Part shown: one piece after another, positions 49,565 to 58,003 of the stretch
Position numbering within the stretch: the first letter of the stretch is position 1
Layout: each line of letters begins with the position of its first letter
Virus record (IMG/VR): IMGVR_UViG_3300017593_000402
Span: 64,001-128,000 of that record
Reading direction: 5' to 3' (one strand)
DNA: 64,000 bases
DNA from: a virus
The notes under the pieces: generated by a model
Told to the model about the DNA's origin: nothing
Seen by the model: only the letters and a program-made list of their open reading frames with translations
The model's database searches: none
Translations under genes and position numbers: made by a program

Positions 49565-49986
49565 TACTTACCCTCGACTATCAAGTAAGCGTTTGACAGT
49601 AACATATCTGCATAGGCAACGCCCAGTGTTTGTTTAAGTACCAGCTCGTCATAAGCGTTTACGACTATTTCCTTGTCTTCGTAAACCATCACCATCACTT
49701 CTTTTGGGTTGAATACATTCGTAAGTGCCGTGTCTATGAAAACTATCTTTCCTTTGCAGTCTGGGTACACGGATAAAACTGCTGCGTCTGTCCTCCCTTG
49801 TCTACGTATCTTTAAGGCAATAATTGTAGAAATCAAAGCTCTCTTTTTCTCATTGTATTGCCCTATTATTACTACCTGCTTTGCGTTCCTGGCTTTTTTA
49901 AGCATATCCAGGTCAAAATTATAGGCCAATGGGTTCCCCAAAGGAATTCTTCGGAGTTTTATTAGCTTAAGAATCTCGACTTGCAT
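49564..49986 (-). CDS. hypothetical protein, possibly a degenerate helicase loader
   Basis: Directly upstream of DnaB; strand/helix pattern reminiscent of DnaC/IstB but no intact Walker A. Confidence 0.35.
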   Translation of the reverse strand: MQVEILKLIKLRRIPLGNPLAYNFDLDMLKKARNAKQVVIIGQYNEKKRALISTIIALKIRRQGRTDAAVLSVYPDCKGKIVFIDTALTNVFNPKEVMVMVYEDKEIVVNAYDELVLKQTLGVAYADMLLSNAYLIVEGK

Positions 49987-50336
49987 TAGTAGACTCCTCT
50001 TTCAGTTGAAAGGGTTGCCTTAGATAGTGCGAGGTGTTTTATGTCTGAATAATTGAAACAAAATGAAATGATGCCACAGTCGTACCGTGGCACAAATTTT
50101 CTCAATGTCTCAAAGTTGGTAGCAGCAAATGTAATAACTGAAGGCAAATCTTTGTCAGAGTAACTGAGGAATTTCTTTAATATTGCTTTGGTCTTGTAAG
50201 TATTAGGCGTAAACTTAGGAGCAACATTCTGCATTTTGTGAGCAAGATACCAATACTTCTGGAAATCTGCTTCTGACCATCCTTGTCTTTCGTATTTCTC
50301 TTCAAGCTCCTCTAATGCTTCAACCAAATCCAACAT
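49986..50336 (-). CDS. hypothetical protein, first gene of the replication operon (possible initiator)
   Basis: AAAGGAG RBS; downstream of a promoter and next to the origin-like region. Confidence 0.45.
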   Translation of the reverse strand: MLDLVEALEELEEKYERQGWSEADFQKYWYLAHKMQNVAPKFTPNTYKTKAILKKFLSYSDKDLPSVITFAATNFETLRKFVPRYDCGIISFCFNYSDIKHLALSKATLSTERGVY

Positions 50337-50368
50337 TTTTTCTCTCCTTTCATCATTTGATATGCGAA

Positions 50369-50397
50369 AATATAATTCGTCAAATAAAATTTGTCAA
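50369..50397 (-). promoter_or_regulatory. sigma70-type promoter of the replication operon
   Basis: TTGACA-17 bp-TATATT on the minus strand. Confidence 0.7.
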
Positions 50398-50411
50398 GCA
50401 GAAAATTTCGA

Positions 50412-50440
50412 TTGACATTTTTGTTAGTGATGATTATTAT
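50412..50440 (+). promoter_or_regulatory. sigma70-type promoter, divergent
   Basis: TTGACA-17 bp-TATTAT; no ORF before the next terminator. Confidence 0.6.
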
Positions 50441-50445
50441 TTAGA

Positions 50446-50534
50446 TGATTTCTCCAGTTCCTCCTTTCATTAGCGGCTCTATTGGGTCGCAGAACAGTTT
50501 CTTTCAAAGGCCTCAAATGAGGCCTTTTTATTTT
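50446..50534 (+). ncRNA. candidate ~85-nt small RNA with anti-SD segment
   Basis: Bounded by a promoter and an intrinsic terminator; contains TTCCTCCTTTCAT. Confidence 0.4.
50506..50534 (+). terminator. intrinsic terminator (possibly bidirectional)
   Basis: AAAGGCCTCA-AA-TGAGGCCTTTTTATTTT. Confidence 0.8.
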
Positions 50535-50586
50535 GGGATTTTGGACCCCCCTCGGACTTAAGCGGGCCTGCTAGCACTTAACGGAC

Positions 50587-50750
50587 TCCCATTTATATTT
50601 ATAAATTTTTAATTTATAAATAAAATAAATGGGAAAATATATAAATCTTCGATTTATATTTAGAAAATTTTCAATTTTCTTTATTTTATATCCTATTATC
50701 TTCGATAATCGGCCAAACTATTATAATATTATAAACTACAATAAATTGTA
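50587..50750. repeat. AT-rich run of consecutive inverted repeats; candidate replication origin
   Basis: Six back-to-back hairpins/palindromes, three with TTC/GAA loops. Confidence 0.6.
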
Positions 50751-50791
50751 TTTTATAATCTTCTAATACTTTGGATTAGTTACAATTTAGC

Positions 50792-51013
50792 CTAGCTCTC
50801 CTTTCCATCTAGTAGGAGATACCACCTAGCTTCTCCATACCCGTAGAAATTTTTGTCGGGACACTCGTCCAAATCTGCTATGTATTTTGGTTCAAAATTA
50901 AATGTGCATATCCTCCAGGGAGTCCTGTAGAATATGCACAGTCTTTCTCCTACTTCACAATACTTTATCCACTTGTCATTTCTTATTGGAAAACCAGGTA
51001 TTAATTCTTTCAT
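50792..51013 (-). CDS. hypothetical protein
   Basis: ATGA overlap with the AAA gene stop. Confidence 0.5.
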   Translation of the reverse strand: MKELIPGFPIRNDKWIKYCEVGERLCIFYRTPWRICTFNFEPKYIADLDECPDKNFYGYGEARWYLLLDGKES

Positions 51014-52545
51014 GTTAATAATACTTTTGTGGATTTGCTTACTTTCGGAACTTGGTTAGCAATCCTTGCTCTGGTAGTTCCCCACTTTCTCAGTTCTTCA
51101 ATTTCTTCTTTTCTGCTAATTGATAGAGGAACAGTAACGTCGCAAATTTCCAAAATATCTTGGGTAGTTACGTCTCTTTCTTCATAAAAAGCTTTAACTT
51201 TTGATTGCTTCAACACGTTCTCTATTTCAGCTCCTGTAAATCCTTCTGTTACTTTTACAATCTTGTCGAGTGAAAACGTTTTCACTTCCAGTCTGAGTTT
51301 TTTCATGTGTATTTTAATTATTTCTTCTCTTTCTATTTTCTTTGGTAAATCAACAAACCACAGCTCATCGATTCTACCTTTTCGTTCTAGCTCTGGAGGA
51401 AGAGCATGGACATTATTTACTGTAAAAGCAAAGAAAATCGGAGCTGTAGTTTCCTGCATAAAATAAAGGAACGAACCAATTACTCGTGCTGTAGTTCCAG
51501 CGTCTGTAAAATCTGAAGAACCCATTCCACTAAAAGCTTTTTCTGCTTCGTCTATCATCACCACTACAGGAGCTTGTGCTTCTATTTCCTTCAATACTCT
51601 CCTTGTATTCTCTTCAGTTTCACCAAGTCTTGGACCAAACAGACTTCCCACATCTACTCTAAGCAAGGGAACATTAAAAAGATTTGCCAGTATCTTACAG
51701 CTCAATGTTTTGCCTGTACCAGGAACACCAGCTAACAACATTCCTTTAGGGACTGGGACTTTTTCTGCTATTGCCTTAGCTCGATTGTTAAATACTTTTG
51801 CTGCCATTACTGCCCAATGCCTAAAAGCGTGGAGGCCTCCTAAATCATCTATTGTGTCTTCAGGACTTAAGTATTCTATCATTCCATTTTTCCTTACTTT
51901 TTCAGCCTTCAATTTTTGAAGTAAGTTTAAGTCTAATTTGCCTTTGCCTTGCACTAATGCTGTTTTAAAAGCCAGGTTAGCTTCGTGCATAGTAAGGCCT
52001 GTTAAATATTCCGCTGCCTGCTTGCACTTGGCTTTACTGATTTTTACTTTGTTGTTCTTTACGATGTCTTCTACAATTTTTAATAGCTCTTCTTGAGTAG
52101 GAAAAGGAATGTCTATCATTCCACAATATTGAGAAATTTCTTCTGGCAGATTGAAATTGCCTTGCATTATGCAAATAGTGAAAGAGTCTGAGCTGGCTAT
52201 CTTCCTGAGATATGTAGTAATTAGCGGTAAATTAAATCTTTCAGTTAAGTACCAATGAAAATTGGTTAGCAAATATATGTGTGGTTCGTTATCGGCCGCA
52301 ATATGCCTTAAAATATCCATATGGTTAGAGCATTCTCCGTTTACTCCGTCTATGGAGTTCCAAATCTTTAAGGAATACCCCTTTTCTGCTAAATCGGGAG
52401 GAACTACTTTTGATTTTTTGAGTTCCTCGTTCAATTCTTTTACTGTATTTTTTACTATTTCTGTAATTCGTTCTGTTTCGATTGAATTAATTAAAATGAT
52501 TTTATACCGACTTTTTATCATTGTTTTTAACATCATCCGCACCAT
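51010..52545 (-). CDS. Ycf46-like AAA+ ATPase (degenerate N-terminal AAA plus active C-terminal AAA)
   Basis: DLGGL, PKGMLLAGVPGTGKT, IDEAEK, LPPELERKGRIDE, GFTGAEIE, VPLS. Confidence 0.88.
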   Translation of the reverse strand: MVRMMLKTMIKSRYKIILINSIETERITEIVKNTVKELNEELKKSKVVPPDLAEKGYSLKIWNSIDGVNGECSNHMDILRHIAADNEPHIYLLTNFHWYLTERFNLPLITTYLRKIASSDSFTICIMQGNFNLPEEISQYCGMIDIPFPTQEELLKIVEDIVKNNKVKISKAKCKQAAEYLTGLTMHEANLAFKTALVQGKGKLDLNLLQKLKAEKVRKNGMIEYLSPEDTIDDLGGLHAFRHWAVMAAKVFNNRAKAIAEKVPVPKGMLLAGVPGTGKTLSCKILANLFNVPLLRVDVGSLFGPRLGETEENTRRVLKEIEAQAPVVVMIDEAEKAFSGMGSSDFTDAGTTARVIGSFLYFMQETTAPIFFAFTVNNVHALPPELERKGRIDELWFVDLPKKIEREEIIKIHMKKLRLEVKTFSLDKIVKVTEGFTGAEIENVLKQSKVKAFYEERDVTTQDILEICDVTVPLSISRKEEIEELRKWGTTRARIANQVPKVSKSTKVLLT

Positions 52546-52627
52546 CCTTTCTTACAATTTTTGCAATTTTTTATGGGGCACTGCTCACATTCGTCAAGCC
52601 AAATTTGGAGCTGTGCCCCTCTTACAA

Positions 52628-52798
52628 CTATGATGATATTTTTATTGTTGTCTCTTGGATTAACGGCTTCTCTTCTAGAATCTCTCCTAGTTTGTTCGCC
52701 ACTTCTTCGATTGGTTCCTTGCATTCGTCTCCCCAAAATCCTTCTCCTTTGATAGTCACGGTTCCATTCTTGTTAATCTTTATTCTTATTTGCGGCAT
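52628..52798 (-). CDS. DUF2997-like protein (56 aa, missed by ORF track)
   Basis: Translated by hand: MPQIRIKINKNGTVTIKGEGFWGDECKEPIEEVANKLGEILEEKPLIQETTIKISS; GGAGG RBS; matches the I.I..dG.V.....G..G..C......LG pattern. Confidence 0.75.
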   Translation of the reverse strand: MPQIRIKINKNGTVTIKGEGFWGDECKEPIEEVANKLGEILEEKPLIQETTIKISS

Positions 52799-52809
52799 AC
52801 TTTTACCTC

Positions 52810-53151
52810 CTATAGAAGAAAAACTGCGCTGTTGATAAATAGGCTTCCATTTGAAACTGCAATTACATACACAATAATTCTATCTTGTGGGTAAGAAGTC
52901 GATTTGAAATATTTCACAGGAATACCAAACAATTCCTTTACTGGGACACCATTAAATAACTTTCTTGCTGATAAAGTAAGTAGTATTTCGGCTGGGTTGG
53001 CATTATATTTTTCCTTATTATGTCTAATCAAATTCTCCACTTTCAATAAAAAATCCTCTTGTTTTGGCTCTTCCAATTTTACAGATTGATTCATTTTGTA
53101 CATTTTATTCTCCTCTTTCCATATCGTTTTAGATGCGGATAATGATTTCAT
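52810..53151 (-). CDS. hypothetical protein
   Basis: In operon; true start probably ATG near 53103 after GAGGAG. Confidence 0.5.
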   Translation of the reverse strand: MKSLSASKTIWKEENKMYKMNQSVKLEEPKQEDFLLKVENLIRHNKEKYNANPAEILLTLSARKLFNGVPVKELFGIPVKYFKSTSYPQDRIIVYVIAVSNGSLFINSAVFLL

Positions 53152-53395
53152 TTCCTACCTCCTCTTTTATTCCACCAGTTTTTTCTACTAAATAATCTAC
53201 AATTAAATCAGTAACTTTGCTAACATCCATAACGTCATACTTTAACTTTTTATCTTGAATTTTTATCGGTCTAAATAGCTCTGTGTTAGTGAAAACGTTT
53301 TCACTTGTTTCTTTATAACCTTTTTTTATTGCGATTTCCCTGAACAAATCAGGTTCTACTTTTAATTCTACTTCAACTATTCTGCTCATTTTCAT
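53129..53395 (-). CDS. DUF1257/Ycf35-like protein (divergent)
   Basis: MSRIVEVELK...GY N-terminus and Y...G...EE....I.IRI C-terminus; neighbours DUF2997-like and Ycf46-like genes. Confidence 0.5.
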   Translation of the reverse strand: MKMSRIVEVELKVEPDLFREIAIKKGYKETSENVFTNTELFRPIKIQDKKLKYDVMDVSKVTDLIVDYLVEKTGGIKEEVGNEIIIRI

Positions 53396-53400
53396 TCTCC

Positions 53401-53844
53401 TTACCACCAAATAGTTTGTTTAGTTTTTGTTATTTTTTCTAACATTTCATTCTTTCCTTGAAGAAATTTTCCAGATGTTTTTATCCACAGACTTGGAGCA
53501 TCTTTTACTCTCACTAAAATTTCTGGGACATTATCTAATTCTATGAAGCCAAAATGGGAGTGAGTGGGCCTCCCCCACTCCATGATTTTTGTGTTTAATA
53601 CTATCAATACTGAGTCTGGAATGTCTAATTTACAAACTACCCGTACAATATACGGGTAGGAGGAGCAATCTTTTTTGTATACCATCCATTCGTGAGGAAA
53701 TAAATAACTAACATGACGATAGACCCACTTCACTCCTTTCTGCTTTATTTCTTTAAGGCTGGTGTGGTAAAGAAAGCCCACACTCAGCCGAATGGATGAC
53801 CTGGCAGAGGTAGATAATGTCCCTCTGCTGAATTGTAATTCCAT
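53401..53844 (-). CDS. hypothetical protein
   Basis: Coupled ORF with GAGGAGG RBS. Confidence 0.5.
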   Translation of the reverse strand: MELQFSRGTLSTSARSSIRLSVGFLYHTSLKEIKQKGVKWVYRHVSYLFPHEWMVYKKDCSSYPYIVRVVCKLDIPDSVLIVLNTKIMEWGRPTHSHFGFIELDNVPEILVRVKDAPSLWIKTSGKFLQGKNEMLEKITKTKQTIWW

Positions 53845-54476
53845 TATTCCTCCTCATCATCGTCAAACTCTACTTCTCCCCATTCTTCTTCCTCTATAGG
53901 TTCATCTGACATCAAGAATTCTTGACAGATATATTCGAGGGCGGCTCCGTTGCTGTCTGTTCCAACCATTTGTTTAGCTTTCTCGATTGCTTGGTTGACA
54001 ACATCGTATTGGTCTTCAATTAAATTGAATGTTATTTTAGTGATATTAATTTCCTTTTTAGGTGCAATGTTTTTTCTAAGTTGTTTTACAGTATCTTTTA
54101 CTTCTTGGAATGTCATATTTGGAGCTTTCTTAAGTAGTTTTTCTATTTCTTCTTTGTTATCTAACAGGCTTATTTCTTTGAATTTGGTCCAGGAAACATT
54201 TAAAATCACCTCCTTTGGAATATTGTATTTAGAAATAGTTTCTCCCATTTGGGCATACCAAAGAGCAATCCTGTACTCCAGACTCAATTCTCCTTCTACG
54301 TAATCTTTATAACTCTCATAGCCCCAGGATGCGTATTGCTCTTTTTCTTTGACTTCATAGAGCTTGAGATATAAGTCATACCTGCTTTCGTCGATATTCC
54401 TGGCGAGAGTTTTGATTTCCTCTCTAATGCTGACCTTGGCTTTTTTTTCCATTTTTACGCTTTTTTTCTTTGCCAT
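53844..54476 (-). CDS. putative DNA-binding protein (DUF3102/ParB-HTH-like helical domain, acidic tail)
   Basis: GGAGG RBS before MAKKK; LYEVK...Y..WGY.SY.DYV..EL.L..R.A and SWTK..EI patterns. Confidence 0.45.
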   Translation of the reverse strand: MAKKKSVKMEKKAKVSIREEIKTLARNIDESRYDLYLKLYEVKEKEQYASWGYESYKDYVEGELSLEYRIALWYAQMGETISKYNIPKEVILNVSWTKFKEISLLDNKEEIEKLLKKAPNMTFQEVKDTVKQLRKNIAPKKEINITKITFNLIEDQYDVVNQAIEKAKQMVGTDSNGAALEYICQEFLMSDEPIEEEEWGEVEFDDDEEE

Positions 54477-54480
54477 TTTA

Positions 54481-54675
54481 CTACCTCCTCTTATGTAAGA
54501 TTTTTGTGTATTTACTGCTGTTAGGAAACGCATACTTTGCTCCTTCTAATTTAAAGAAGGCAAAACCGCTTCTAAAACAACCAGTCTCAATGACTCTTCC
54601 AGACCAAACACCACAAAGCTTTTTGTTTTTAGGATAGTTGACTTCTACTGTCACAACTTCTCCTTTTCTTATCAT
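54481..54675 (-). CDS. small hypothetical protein
   Basis: AAGGAGG RBS upstream. Confidence 0.5.
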   Translation of the reverse strand: MIRKGEVVTVEVNYPKNKKLCGVWSGRVIETGCFRSGFAFFKLEGAKYAFPNSSKYTKILHKRR

Positions 54676-54691
54676 TTCCTTTCCTCCTTTC

Positions 54692-55039
54692 TTATTTTAC
54701 TCTGTATTGATAGTAAGTCGTCACTTTCTTGATCAATTTATTCAATTCTGTAGGCAAAAAGAATTTCTTTATTGCTGAGGTAATTCTGATGACTTTGACC
54801 AATTCTTTTTTAGGCATCCTCATCGCAACCTTTACAGGGTCGTATTCTACTCTCTCATTTTCTGTAACTACTAGCTCATATTTTTGTCCCTTGTATTCTC
54901 CGTAATAAGTACCAGTAGTGAGGGGCATTTCTTCTAATTCCGTTCTTAGCTGTTTTTGTCTACTTTGTAATTCTTTTATTTTCGTGTCAAGCGCACAATA
55001 CTCTCCTATCTTTTGTTTAATGTTATTGTTTTTAGCCAT
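54692..55039 (-). CDS. hypothetical protein with N-terminal coiled coil
   Basis: AAAGGAGG RBS; first gene of the leftward operon. Confidence 0.55.
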   Translation of the reverse strand: MAKNNNIKQKIGEYCALDTKIKELQSRQKQLRTELEEMPLTTGTYYGEYKGQKYELVVTENERVEYDPVKVAMRMPKKELVKVIRITSAIKKFFLPTELNKLIKKVTTYYQYRVK

Positions 55040-55087
55040 TACATAACCTCCTTTCATCATTGAATTTTTTGGATTTGGTTGCTCAAA

Positions 55088-55138
55088 AATTTAAATTCTC
55101 AGTTTTCATTTGTCAAGTGGAAATTTTTTGGATAGAAT
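55088..55138. promoter_or_regulatory. overlapping divergent sigma70 promoters sharing TTGTCAA
   Basis: Minus: TTGACA-17-TAAATT; plus: TTGTCA-17-TAGAAT. Confidence 0.65.
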
Positions 55139-55167
55139 CTAAATAATTGAAATGATGGAGGAAAAAA

Positions 55168-55605
55168 ATGAAAACGTTTTCACTTTTGCCATCGACTGAG
55201 CCCAAACAATTTTCTGATGATGAATTGGATGGATTTGATCTCCTTCCTCAGTCTTGGAAAACATTTGCTATCGAATATTTAAAACATCGACGGCCTATTC
55301 GAGCAGCGAAAATTGCTGGATTTAAAGACCCCAAAAAAATGGCGAAACGCCTGCTCCAGAATGAAAAAGTAAAGCGTTATATGGAATATGAACAAGAAAG
55401 AATGAAAGAGCTAGCTCGAATAGACAGAGAATATGTTGTTCTCAAATTAAAAGAAATAGCAGAAAAAGGAGCAAAAACGAGCGACCGACTCCAAGCTTTG
55501 AATTTGCTTGCCAGGATCGAAGGCTTACTCCAAGACAAAGCCGCCCAACAGCCTCCTGTTCTTCTTTTTAACTTCCAGGGCTTAAAGGTAGAGAGCGAAG
55601 ACTAG
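55168..55605 (+). CDS. terS: terminase small subunit
   Basis: FA.EYL.....RAAKIAGF......A.RLL....VK.Y, V...L.EIA, SDRLQAL.LLAR..G motifs. Confidence 0.8.
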   Translation: MKTFSLLPSTEPKQFSDDELDGFDLLPQSWKTFAIEYLKHRRPIRAAKIAGFKDPKKMAKRLLQNEKVKRYMEYEQERMKELARIDREYVVLKLKEIAEKGAKTSDRLQALNLLARIEGLLQDKAAQQPPVLLFNFQGLKVESED

Positions 55606-55641
55606 AGTAGGTTTGCAAAAATTTTTCGAGGCTTGTAAAAT
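55602..55641 (+). promoter_or_regulatory. promoter with conserved CTAGNGTAGGTTTGCAA element
   Basis: TTGCAA-17-TAAAAT; element recurs at 58632, 59438 and (partially) 59526. Confidence 0.6.
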
Positions 55642-55675
55642 CAGGCCAAAAATTTTGGAGAAAGGAGGAATTGAA

Positions 55676-57346
55676 ATGTCATACGACACAGGTTTTTACT
55701 TCATTTCAGCGAGTCCTGGAGACCAAAAGAAATTCAGGAACACCTTGGAGTATATGGAAGTGAAGTCTCAAAAACTTAGTGGCATCCTGTCCCTTGATTT
55801 GGTTGCCGCTGATTTAGGGCATAGTTATCTAAGCCCTGATTTTACTTGGTATTGGTCTCCCAAAAACAGAAAACTGTATGAGGTATATAAAACAGACAAT
55901 TTGCTCATCAGTGAGGTCCCAGATATAAAAGCTAAATGGATGGGAACTTATCATGATGTCCTCATCCGAATATGTCCTGAAAAACCGAGGCACGGAATAC
56001 TAGATAACATCTTTATCCCTAAAGAAAAGCTGAGAGAGAAAGGGATAAAGAAATTTTTACCGCCTGATTATGAGGCGGTGGTCCAACCCAAACTAGAAGG
56101 GGACAACGTAGTATTTAACAAGTTTACTCTATCAATTGGAAGAGGGACAGATGGAGTCACAAACAAAGGGGAAAGTTATACTTTCCCTGGAGGAATTTTC
56201 TACCCCATTACTACTTGCATTAAGCTGTGTGCGGAATGCCTCGATCAGGTAGAGATTGAGGCAATAGTTAAGAAAGGCGATATTACTTGTGTTCAAATAC
56301 GCAGAACCCCTTCTCCTATCTCTCCGCAGGGAGAGGCTAAGGGGAAGTGGCAGGGCTTTAATTTCAACGGTGAACGGATTGAAAAGTATAAAATAATCGA
56401 AGACTTAGATGACCTTGCTGAAATAGAGTGTCTGGAAACAAAAACAGTTCTAATACATGTAGAAGGAAGCCTTAATTCCCACGCCGCAGCGTGGGCAAGA
56501 GAAAAAGGATTTCCTTATCTTATTGTAGAGAGTGAAGAAGAAGCCCTAGACTTGATTAAGAAAAAAGTAAAACTATACAGTAACGGGGTAATGGTAGATA
56601 CCAAACCTTATAAAGAAAGGAAGCACAGAAGTTACGCATTTCCTACCTATTTTAAACTAGGTAGGGAATTTGGAATGGTGTATGACCTGCCCATTGACTT
56701 AGAATTGATCGGCAGATGGACAGTTACATCGGTATTATTTTTAATGTCTTACTTAAGTGGCTGGCCACACAGTAAGAAAGGTGCTTTCATAGCAGGGCTG
56801 GCCTCTGATATTCTCCCTCGCATAGCTATAATGCTATGTGTCGGAGAAGCGAGGCATCAAAATCATATATATTCAAATAACGTAGATACACCGATACTAG
56901 ACGAGCTGATAGTAAACCCTGCCAATGGCTTATTATTTCCTGAAAGCCTAGAAGGGAGAAAGTCTTTGTATTATCATTACTTACCAAGAAGTAGCGATAT
57001 TGATCAAATAAAACTAGCCTCCGAATTAGAGCAACTTTTTGTGCTAAACAGATGGGAAAAGGGTTACGGAGGCAGGGCCTGGGGTAAAATTGCTAGACTT
57101 GCCAAACGATGTCTAGCAAGCAGAACGAACGCACAGTTTAAGAGCTATTTGAACAAGTTGATCAATGCCGTTCATAACGGCGGCTGGTTTTTAGATAAAG
57201 TTACACTTCGGCACTATTTCGACGCAATAGCTGAGCCGAAATGCAATTTTATAAACTATATCCAGGCAGTCAATTTAGCTTTTGATTTAGTACAAAAAAT
57301 AGTTTTGCTAGAAGAGAAAGGAGGCAACTATGTTAAAAAGTTATAA
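55676..57346 (+). CDS. PEP-synthase/PPDK-like dikinase: ATP-grasp-like region, phospho-His swivel domain, distinct C-terminal domain
   Basis: VVQP...G.G.DGV...EIEA....I..VQIR, GSLNSHAAAWAREKGFP (cf. TSHAAIVARELGIP); C-terminal GYGG.AW..IA...HNGG..LDK; AAGGAGG RBS before ATG 55676. Confidence 0.65.
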   Translation: MSYDTGFYFISASPGDQKKFRNTLEYMEVKSQKLSGILSLDLVAADLGHSYLSPDFTWYWSPKNRKLYEVYKTDNLLISEVPDIKAKWMGTYHDVLIRICPEKPRHGILDNIFIPKEKLREKGIKKFLPPDYEAVVQPKLEGDNVVFNKFTLSIGRGTDGVTNKGESYTFPGGIFYPITTCIKLCAECLDQVEIEAIVKKGDITCVQIRRTPSPISPQGEAKGKWQGFNFNGERIEKYKIIEDLDDLAEIECLETKTVLIHVEGSLNSHAAAWAREKGFPYLIVESEEEALDLIKKKVKLYSNGVMVDTKPYKERKHRSYAFPTYFKLGREFGMVYDLPIDLELIGRWTVTSVLFLMSYLSGWPHSKKGAFIAGLASDILPRIAIMLCVGEARHQNHIYSNNVDTPILDELIVNPANGLLFPESLEGRKSLYYHYLPRSSDIDQIKLASELEQLFVLNRWEKGYGGRAWGKIARLAKRCLASRTNAQFKSYLNKLINAVHNGGWFLDKVTLRHYFDAIAEPKCNFINYIQAVNLAFDLVQKIVLLEEKGGNYVKKL

Positions 57347-57905
57347 AAAATCAAATTGTAAATGCAACGTTTATGGTCTTACTAGAGCATTCCGTATAGA
57401 GAACTTGATCTTCTATGGTGGTTCAATAGGTGATGCTTTGTATGATAGATATGATTTAATTATTAACGCTAGTGGACGGTCTATTGCTAACATTGTGGAA
57501 GCAAATGAATTGGCAAAGAATCTTTTTCCTAGTGCTTTAAAGGCTAGTTTAACTGATACAGCTATTATTGAGATAGATTGGACGGACGGCAGCGTTCCTG
57601 CCTTAGGGGTAGACTTTTGGCAAGGGCTAGTAGATGGCCTCAAAAAAATTAAGCAAGAAAAATTTAAAATTGCCTGCTGTTGTTTCGGCGGGCATGGCCG
57701 CACAGGGACGATGTTGAGTGTTTTTGCAGGGTTATTTGACCTTGCGGATGACCCTGTAACTTTCATCCGCAAAAGATATTGTCCTTGTGCGGTAGAAACA
57801 TACGTTCAAATTTCCTATGTTGAACGTATGACAGGAAAGGAGGTGAGAGCGAAGGCTGGGCGTAATACATACATATGGGGAGGTGATATAAACGAGATGT
57901 ATTAG
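57330..57905 (+). CDS. protein-tyrosine/dual-specificity-type (CX5R) phosphatase
   Basis: W.DGSVP acid loop, CFGGHGRTG P-loop, R..Y...AVET..Q Q-loop. Confidence 0.85.
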   Translation: MLKSYKKSNCKCNVYGLTRAFRIENLIFYGGSIGDALYDRYDLIINASGRSIANIVEANELAKNLFPSALKASLTDTAIIEIDWTDGSVPALGVDFWQGLVDGLKKIKQEKFKIACCCFGGHGRTGTMLSVFAGLFDLADDPVTFIRKRYCPCAVETYVQISYVERMTGKEVRAKAGRNTYIWGGDINEMY

Positions 57906-58003
57906 ATGCAATTTATTGATGTTCAGAGTAAAAAACTTGACATACAAATGCCCGCTTTGCGGGGACACATTAACTCTTAACGTAAACGTAAAGGAGGAGA
58001 AAA

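Noticed and set aside
52533-52736. 67-aa minus-strand ORF from the track
   Set aside because: Its 5' half overlaps the better-supported DUF2997-like gene in another frame; only the Cys-rich 3' part might be real.
53481-53489. Second TTATCCACA DnaA box
   Set aside because: Single copy inside a CDS without origin context; compatible with chance.
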